64,000 bases of DNA from Bdellovibrionales bacterium. Its GTDB lineage: Bacteria; Bdellovibrionota; Bdellovibrionia; Bdellovibrionales; JAUICD01. The notes below the pieces were generated by a model, which saw only the letters and a list, made by a program, of their open reading frames with translations, was not told where the DNA came from and did not search any database. Within the stretch, counting starts at the first letter, position 1, and the number at the start of each line of letters is the position of its first letter. This document shows positions 58,547 through 64,000 of this stretch, one piece after another. Made by a program: the position numbers and the translations under genes. The stretch is from positions 512,001 through 576,000 of the forward strand of contig OZ253553.1 of the NCBI GenBank assembly GCA_965262715.1, in the 5' to 3' direction.

Positions 58547-61500
58547 TTAAGTGGAAGATAAAACATTTATTTGTTTGTCTTTTTCACTTGAATGTAAAAT
58601 AGATTGTCTTATATTCTCTAAGATAATATTCACAACTTCTAATAGGGCCACACTGTTTTGATCATTTGGTAGTTGTTGTTGAATATAGTTATATGTAGAT
58701 CTCATAGCTTGTACAAGTGTGGCTTCATGTATCATAGGAACTTGTTGTGGGGCATTAGATGTTATTGCGAGTATCTCACCCATAGAAGACCCAAGGCTCT
58801 GTTCTAATTGATCAGCGCATGTGCTATCTGTTATTATTTGTTCAAACTTATGACCTGGATATTCGCTTAATAGTCTAATACAATCTGTATAAGAGTAAAG
58901 GTTATCTAAAAAAGGAGGTTGTTTTGGCAGTAAGGTCATAAGTAGGTTTAGATAATAATCTGTAATATCTCTTTCAAATTGATAGATCCCTAAGGCATAA
59001 CGTCTCATGTCTTCTATATCTCCAAAGTAATACTCGAAAAAAAGCTCATTATCATATACTTCGTTCCTGTAACTGTAATCATTATTATTGTAAGCACCTA
59101 AAAGCTCTTCTCTAAGGACAGTTGTTTGTCTTTCCATATATTCAGATAAAACAGGCACTATTCCTGGTGTAACTTGCTTTTCCCAGAATTCTTCAAAACC
59201 TTCAAGTGTTATTTGGTCACCTACATTTTTAGATACATAATCAAGTAAATTGTAATAATAAACGTCTTGGTTGTTTTCCTGAACTAAAAAAGCATGATGT
59301 ACAGTTTCTATTTGATCACAGAGTGTTGGTCTATCTTTCCATATTCTAGGGGCATTAAACTCTAAACTTCCTAAACCAAATCCACTTCTTTGGATTAAAT
59401 CGATTTCTTCGACAGAGTCCCCACAAACCATACTGATTAATAACTTTTCTAAAGTAGAGTAATAGATGATTCCATAATGTCTTAAGCCTTCGTTGTTGCT
59501 TGAGGGATTAAAGTATTCTGCTCCACTTTGCACAATAGATGTGGGCATATTTGTATTTTGAGTTAAAACGTTTGATGGTTCTTTTTTGATAATCGAAAAC
59601 GCATTAGCAATAGAATCTCTGTCTTCTTCTGGTTGTGATTCTAAAAACTCAACTGCTTGTTGGATGTTTTGTATGCTGGTTGTTTTTAAGAATTCTTGAT
59701 CTAACTTTAAATTAAGAGCTATTTTGAGTACATCAAGATTGTCTGATGTGAGAGCGCGCAGCCGACTCCAATCCCATCCATGATTAGCAAAATGAATATA
59801 ATAATCTCTCATACCTTCTGGTTGATTTTTCACAAATCTTGTAAACTCATAGATTTCTTGTGTATTTTTTAACTTCAAAATATCTGGATTTAATCCTAAG
59901 TCAGTAGCTTCTGTGAGTACTGTCATATCATTATCAGTTAATTGAAGAAGCTGATTCCAACTCCATCCATCATTAGCAAAACGAATATAATAGTATCTCA
60001 GGCTTATTGGTTGATCTTTTAAAAAATTCATAAAATCATAAATTTCTTGTGTGCTTTTTGTATATAGAATGTTTGGGCTTATTGGAGTTGACTTGAAGTC
60101 ATCATTTTCAAAAAACTCAATACGTACTTGAAAGTCAAAATCTTCAAAATTATACATTTGAGAAATATCAAACCCTTTATTTAATAAAGACACTAAATAT
60201 CCGTGATTTTCCGTAGGATTTCCAAAAAAGCTATGTTCACTTGAAAGACGTTGATATAAACGCTGAAGATCAGAGTTAGATAGTTGATGAACTATATGAG
60301 GTTCAACTCCAAGCCTTAAGACATTGGATTCATCGAGCAATCTGTTGGTAAACATACCGTTAGAACTATCTAATGACCTGGAAGCAAAGTAAAGAGCATC
60401 TAGCATTCCTCTGCTTTTATTATTTTGATTAGAAAATAAACTTGTATTGTGGTGATGTCGAGCTCTTGGATTAGTATTTGACTGAGGAGATAAACGCACT
60501 TGAGCTGGAAGTTTAGGTTCTGTTTCAAAGTTAATTTGTTTTTGTGTTCTAATGATGTGTTCATAAAAATTGCGTGTTGTATATTGCCATGAAATTGCAG
60601 GTTTAAAAAACTCTGCCCATCGGTATTGTGTATCATAGAACTCTTTTAACAGAGTTTCTCTATAATGTTGGATATGGAGATTCAATTGAAAAATGCTTTC
60701 TAGAAGAACATCACCTCTAGCCTTTGTGATTTCTCCAGAAGGAAGGTTGGTTTCTATTTGATCTGTTAAATTAGGAATATCTAGTAAGATTTCTGGAAAG
60801 TGTTGATTATTTTTGTCAGAATATTGTAATGGGTTTTGGTCTGGAGATGCGTTTAAAAGACCTATTAAGTTTCTTCGAATACTTAAGTTATCTCGAGTAG
60901 CTTCTCTTTGGCTTGGTGATAAAGGATTGTTAGAAAAAATACTTGTAAGGAAGCCAGCTAAGCCAGCGCGATTTATGTTTGTAGTTGGTTGTTGAACTAT
61001 AGGTATAGGTTGTTGATTATATCCAGCTGTTAAATGTTCAAGAATAGATATTTTATCATGATCCATTTCATCAGAATATTTTCTTAAATCCCATGCTCTT
61101 TCTATTGGGGGTCCAAGGATGTCTTCCCAAGTAAAGAAGAGAATCATATGTCCAACTTGAAGCGTAAAACCTACAATAGGATTTGCAAGTGTAAGTGATG
61201 TACCTGCTTTAAACATGAGGTTTAATGTTGGCAGAAAAATACGCCTCCCAATAACTGGATAGATTGCTTTTTTAAAAACCATCATAGGAATAGAAAATAA
61301 AAGCTTTTGAGTTAGAGAAGAAGCAAAGGCTGATAAAAGTAGTGAAGTTATATGAGGAACGTGTTTTGAATCTGTTACAAATGTTTTAAAAGCATCTTGC
61401 CATGCTCGACTTAAACGTTCTTCCTCAATAGATGTTTTTCCACTTTTAAAGAAATGACTGACTATATATCTTATATTTGGATCAACTAAGAACTCATGGG

Positions 61501-62017
61501 ATAGACTTGAGACAAAACTTCCTGCAGCCATACCAAGATAACCAATAAGAGCTCTAGGAATAAGAGATTGTCCTCCTGTATTTAAAAAATGAGAAACAGA
61601 ATGGTTTGTTGTCATAAATAAAAAAAATGAAAAATATGAAATAGGATTTTTAAGTTCTTGACCAAATTCGGAGCAAGCCATTGGATTGTTTTTTACTTCA
61701 ATAGCACAGTTATAAACAGCTATTGCCCCAAGTGCTGTGTAAAAACCTGCAGCTTCCATAGGAAAACGGTGTATTGTATGATTGAATCCATGACTTACAC
61801 TATTAAGAGTCTGTTTAGCAAGATTTCTAAAATTGTTTGGGCTAGCACCTTCAATATCTTCTGGATTTGCTTTTGGTATAATGATTTCTAATGATTCACC
61901 GTTAGGTCCTGCAACATTGATATTCCAATGATTGTCATTAGGTATATTTGCTTGACCATTTGTTATAAGGATAAATGGCGTAAGCAAAAAAATAAATAGG
62001 AAGATATTTTTTTGCAT
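58547..62017 (-). CDS. Large hypothetical secreted/membrane protein with internal ~63-aa repeats
   Basis: 1156-aa ORF, signal peptide, hydrophobic N-terminal helices, TQEIY.F..F.K.QP...R.YYI.FAN.GW.W repeat. Confidence 0.7.
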   Translation of the reverse strand: MQKNIFLFIFLLTPFILITNGQANIPNDNHWNINVAGPNGESLEIIIPKANPEDIEGASPNNFRNLAKQTLNSVSHGFNHTIHRFPMEAAGFYTALGAIAVYNCAIEVKNNPMACSEFGQELKNPISYFSFFLFMTTNHSVSHFLNTGGQSLIPRALIGYLGMAAGSFVSSLSHEFLVDPNIRYIVSHFFKSGKTSIEEERLSRAWQDAFKTFVTDSKHVPHITSLLLSAFASSLTQKLLFSIPMMVFKKAIYPVIGRRIFLPTLNLMFKAGTSLTLANPIVGFTLQVGHMILFFTWEDILGPPIERAWDLRKYSDEMDHDKISILEHLTAGYNQQPIPIVQQPTTNINRAGLAGFLTSIFSNNPLSPSQREATRDNLSIRRNLIGLLNASPDQNPLQYSDKNNQHFPEILLDIPNLTDQIETNLPSGEITKARGDVLLESIFQLNLHIQHYRETLLKEFYDTQYRWAEFFKPAISWQYTTRNFYEHIIRTQKQINFETEPKLPAQVRLSPQSNTNPRARHHHNTSLFSNQNNKSRGMLDALYFASRSLDSSNGMFTNRLLDESNVLRLGVEPHIVHQLSNSDLQRLYQRLSSEHSFFGNPTENHGYLVSLLNKGFDISQMYNFEDFDFQVRIEFFENDDFKSTPISPNILYTKSTQEIYDFMNFLKDQPISLRYYYIRFANDGWSWNQLLQLTDNDMTVLTEATDLGLNPDILKLKNTQEIYEFTRFVKNQPEGMRDYYIHFANHGWDWSRLRALTSDNLDVLKIALNLKLDQEFLKTTSIQNIQQAVEFLESQPEEDRDSIANAFSIIKKEPSNVLTQNTNMPTSIVQSGAEYFNPSSNNEGLRHYGIIYYSTLEKLLISMVCGDSVEEIDLIQRSGFGLGSLEFNAPRIWKDRPTLCDQIETVHHAFLVQENNQDVYYYNLLDYVSKNVGDQITLEGFEEFWEKQVTPGIVPVLSEYMERQTTVLREELLGAYNNNDYSYRNEVYDNELFFEYYFGDIEDMRRYALGIYQFERDITDYYLNLLMTLLPKQPPFLDNLYSYTDCIRLLSEYPGHKFEQIITDSTCADQLEQSLGSSMGEILAITSNAPQQVPMIHEATLVQAMRSTYNYIQQQLPNDQNSVALLEVVNIILENIRQSILHSSEKDKQINVLSST

Positions 62018-62309
62018 TATTTTTTACTCTCTTGTTTTTATAAATAGAATTTTTGAAATCAAATAATTAATATAACCTGAAGGAAAGCATAGGAAGTGAC
62101 ACAAAAGCTGCTTACAATTAAGAAAAAATTAGAGTGCATCGGCTATATTAATGATGAATGTTATATTAAGTGATAAAAGCAGTTTTGTCAATCTGAATAC
62201 AAAAAATACTTAAAATGATCATGTTATATTTAATAATACACTTTAAGTGTGTAAATATTTCATGGTTTGTTGAATATTTTACATGTTGTTTTTAAAATAA
62301 ATCTTATCT

Positions 62310-62355
62310 AGGGACTGGCAATCTGGCAGACAGTTCATGAAAACTGATTGCCGGT
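62310..62355. repeat. R3 family repeat (degenerate)
   Basis: gggactggcaatctggcagacagttc...ctgattgccgg. Confidence 0.45.
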
Positions 62356-62507
62356 CTAATAGCTTTGCTGGTTTTCTAAAATCCTAAAGAAAAAATAAAT
62401 GTAAATTATATTTATTTAGAGCTTTTCAGCATGAAGAGTATATCAACTTGCAGTTTATAGAATAGAGATTTTTTCATTTAAAAAAAAAGGGGAGGGGGAT
62501 GGAGCTG

Positions 62508-63166
62508 TTATAGTTGCCTATAAGCTCCCTGGATAAAATTATCAATTTCTAATGGATATTGTATTCCTTGGGCATGCTGTGCTTCTGAATGGCCACAAAG
62601 AAGAATTGGCTGCTGATTAAGCAGTCTTAGGTTATTGTTAGCGGCAGCGCAAGGTGATGTATCGACTTGCTCATGAGAATAAGTACCTGGTATATCTAGA
62701 ATGCCCGGATTATAATAGTAATCATCTCCCACTACATTAGTACATCGGGTACCATTTATTAAAGGAGCCTGCTGTTGACAAGGACTTAAAAGATCAGGAG
62801 AGTAGTCTGAATATGCTATTTGTTCACCTCTAATTATTTGGTAAATTAAAAAATTCACCATTTCCAATATTTGCCATTTCTTTTAGAATATCTGTTACAC
62901 CAAGAAGATCTGAATTTGTATTAAGATAAGCTTCATCAGCTTGGTGTGCCCATCCATAATAAGCTGTAGAGAAAAAGATTCTTCCAGGTTTTAGATCTAC
63001 AATCTCTTCTACCTTGTTATAAACATAATCATTAAATGGATACCTATTTTGAAGGTATCTCTCACTAGGAGCCTCTCCTGAAATAAAGTAAATTAGATAA
63101 ATCGCATTATCGTCTTCTTCGTTTGTTTCTAACTCTTCTTTCAGAAGTCTCTCTGTTAATAGTGCT
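62508..63166 (-). pseudogene. 5'-truncated, frameshifted paralog of the adjacent vWA-like gene
   Basis: Encodes ETNEEDDNAIYLIYFISGEAPS...FFSTAYYGW...GNGEFFNLPN, then a +1 frameshift near 62835 into RGEQIA...EAQHAQGIQYPL. Confidence 0.8.
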
Positions 63167-64000
63167 ATCTCTTAATGGACATTGTATTCCTTGGGCATGC
63201 TGTGCTTCTGTATGGTTACAAGGAAGAAGAGTTGGCTGCTGATTAGGCAGTAGCCTTAGGTTATTGTTAGCGGCAGCGCAAGGTGGTGGTGTATTGACTG
63301 GCTCATGAGAATAAGTGCCTGGTAGATCTAGAAGGGTAGGAATGTTCTGATTATAGTAATCCTCTTCCACTATATTACTACATATAGCCCCATTTGTTAC
63401 AGGAACCTGCTGTTGACAAGAACTTAGAACATTAGGAGAGTAGTCTGAATGTGCTATTTGTTCACCTCTAACATTTGGTAAATTAAAAAATTCACCATTT
63501 CCAATATTTGCCATTTCTTCTAGAATATCTATTACACTAGGAAACCTTGTGTTACGAGCCTGATGATCAAGATATGCCCATCCATAATAAGCTGTGGAGA
63601 AAAAGATTCTTTCAGGTTTTATATCTACAATATCCTTTACTTTTTCATAAACATAATCATCAAGTTGAAACCTACCCGTAAATCTATTACTAGGAGCCTC
63701 TCCTGAGATAAAGTAAACTAGATAAATCGCATTATCATCTTCGTTTGTTTTTAAATCTTCTTTTATAAGTTCTTTTGTTAATTCTAATGCTGCTCCATAC
63801 TGTATTTTTCCACTCTCTCTATCTTGCCCTGGGCCATCTGGTAAAGTGAAATCATTCATTGCTTGCAAAACAATATTATGATCGTTTGTAAAAACAGGTT
63901 TCTTTCTAGGGTTATTCTCATGAGTAATAGAAGCTCTAGCAAAACCCCTCCACCCGCGATGTGCTCCTTTAAAAGTGATCATACTCCAAGAAAACTGTCT
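63107..64000 (-). CDS. vWA-like domain protein, 5' end outside the window
   Basis: Frame open to the window edge; MITF, YGAALELTKELI, IYLVYFISGEAP, EMANIGNGEF resemble degenerate vWA motifs. Confidence 0.55.
   Translation of the reverse strand, partial: RQFSWSMITFKGAHRGWRGFARASITHENNPRKKPVFTNDHNIVLQAMNDFTLPDGPGQDRESGKIQYGAALELTKELIKEDLKTNEDDNAIYLVYFISGEAPSNRFTGRFQLDDYVYEKVKDIVDIKPERIFFSTAYYGWAYLDHQARNTRFPSVIDILEEMANIGNGEFFNLPNVRGEQIAHSDYSPNVLSSCQQQVPVTNGAICSNIVEEDYYNQNIPTLLDLPGTYSHEPVNTPPPCAAANNNLRLLPNQQPTLLPCNHTEAQHAQGIQCPLRDSTINRETSERRVRNKRRRR

Noticed and set aside
793..61891. Many 60-140 aa ORFs antisense to or nested in long genes (e.g. 8649-8918, 25564-25959, 27429-27785, 53147-53476, 57974-58393)
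   Set aside because: Shadow ORFs of well-supported genes, with no recognisable motifs.

Overview
AT-rich bacterial chromosomal window. Gene content (type IV pilin-like proteins, S8-TM-PilZ protease, many secreted hypotheticals, vWA protein) suggests a Bdellovibrionota/Oligoflexia-like organism (inference). A housekeeping backbone (acnA, plsC, uvrB, cysS, rpsI, rplM, alaS, pgpA, cinA-like, recA, mce, rpmG, dnaJ, dnaK, ridA-like) is interleaved with heavily rearranged accessory DNA. Highlights: (1) a Gabija-like operon (OLD ATPase-TOPRIM nuclease plus UvrD helicase) next to alaS, whose nuclease carries a ~480-aa N-terminal extension with shuffled, non-catalytic alanyl-tRNA-synthetase segments; (2) a 3.7-kb non-coding array of 14.5 x 257-bp structured units between two convergent toxin-antitoxin loci, belonging to a dispersed hairpin family with strong compensatory covariation; (3) a candidate invertible sigma28-type promoter between two inverted 11-6-11 sites upstream of a giant Cys-rich pilin-like gene; (4) an IS1634-family element flanked by a 779-bp direct repeat; (5) two more dispersed repeat families, a gene bounded by perfect 43-bp inverted repeats, and several TA and paralog remnants. 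No rRNA, tRNA or CRISPR array was recognised.
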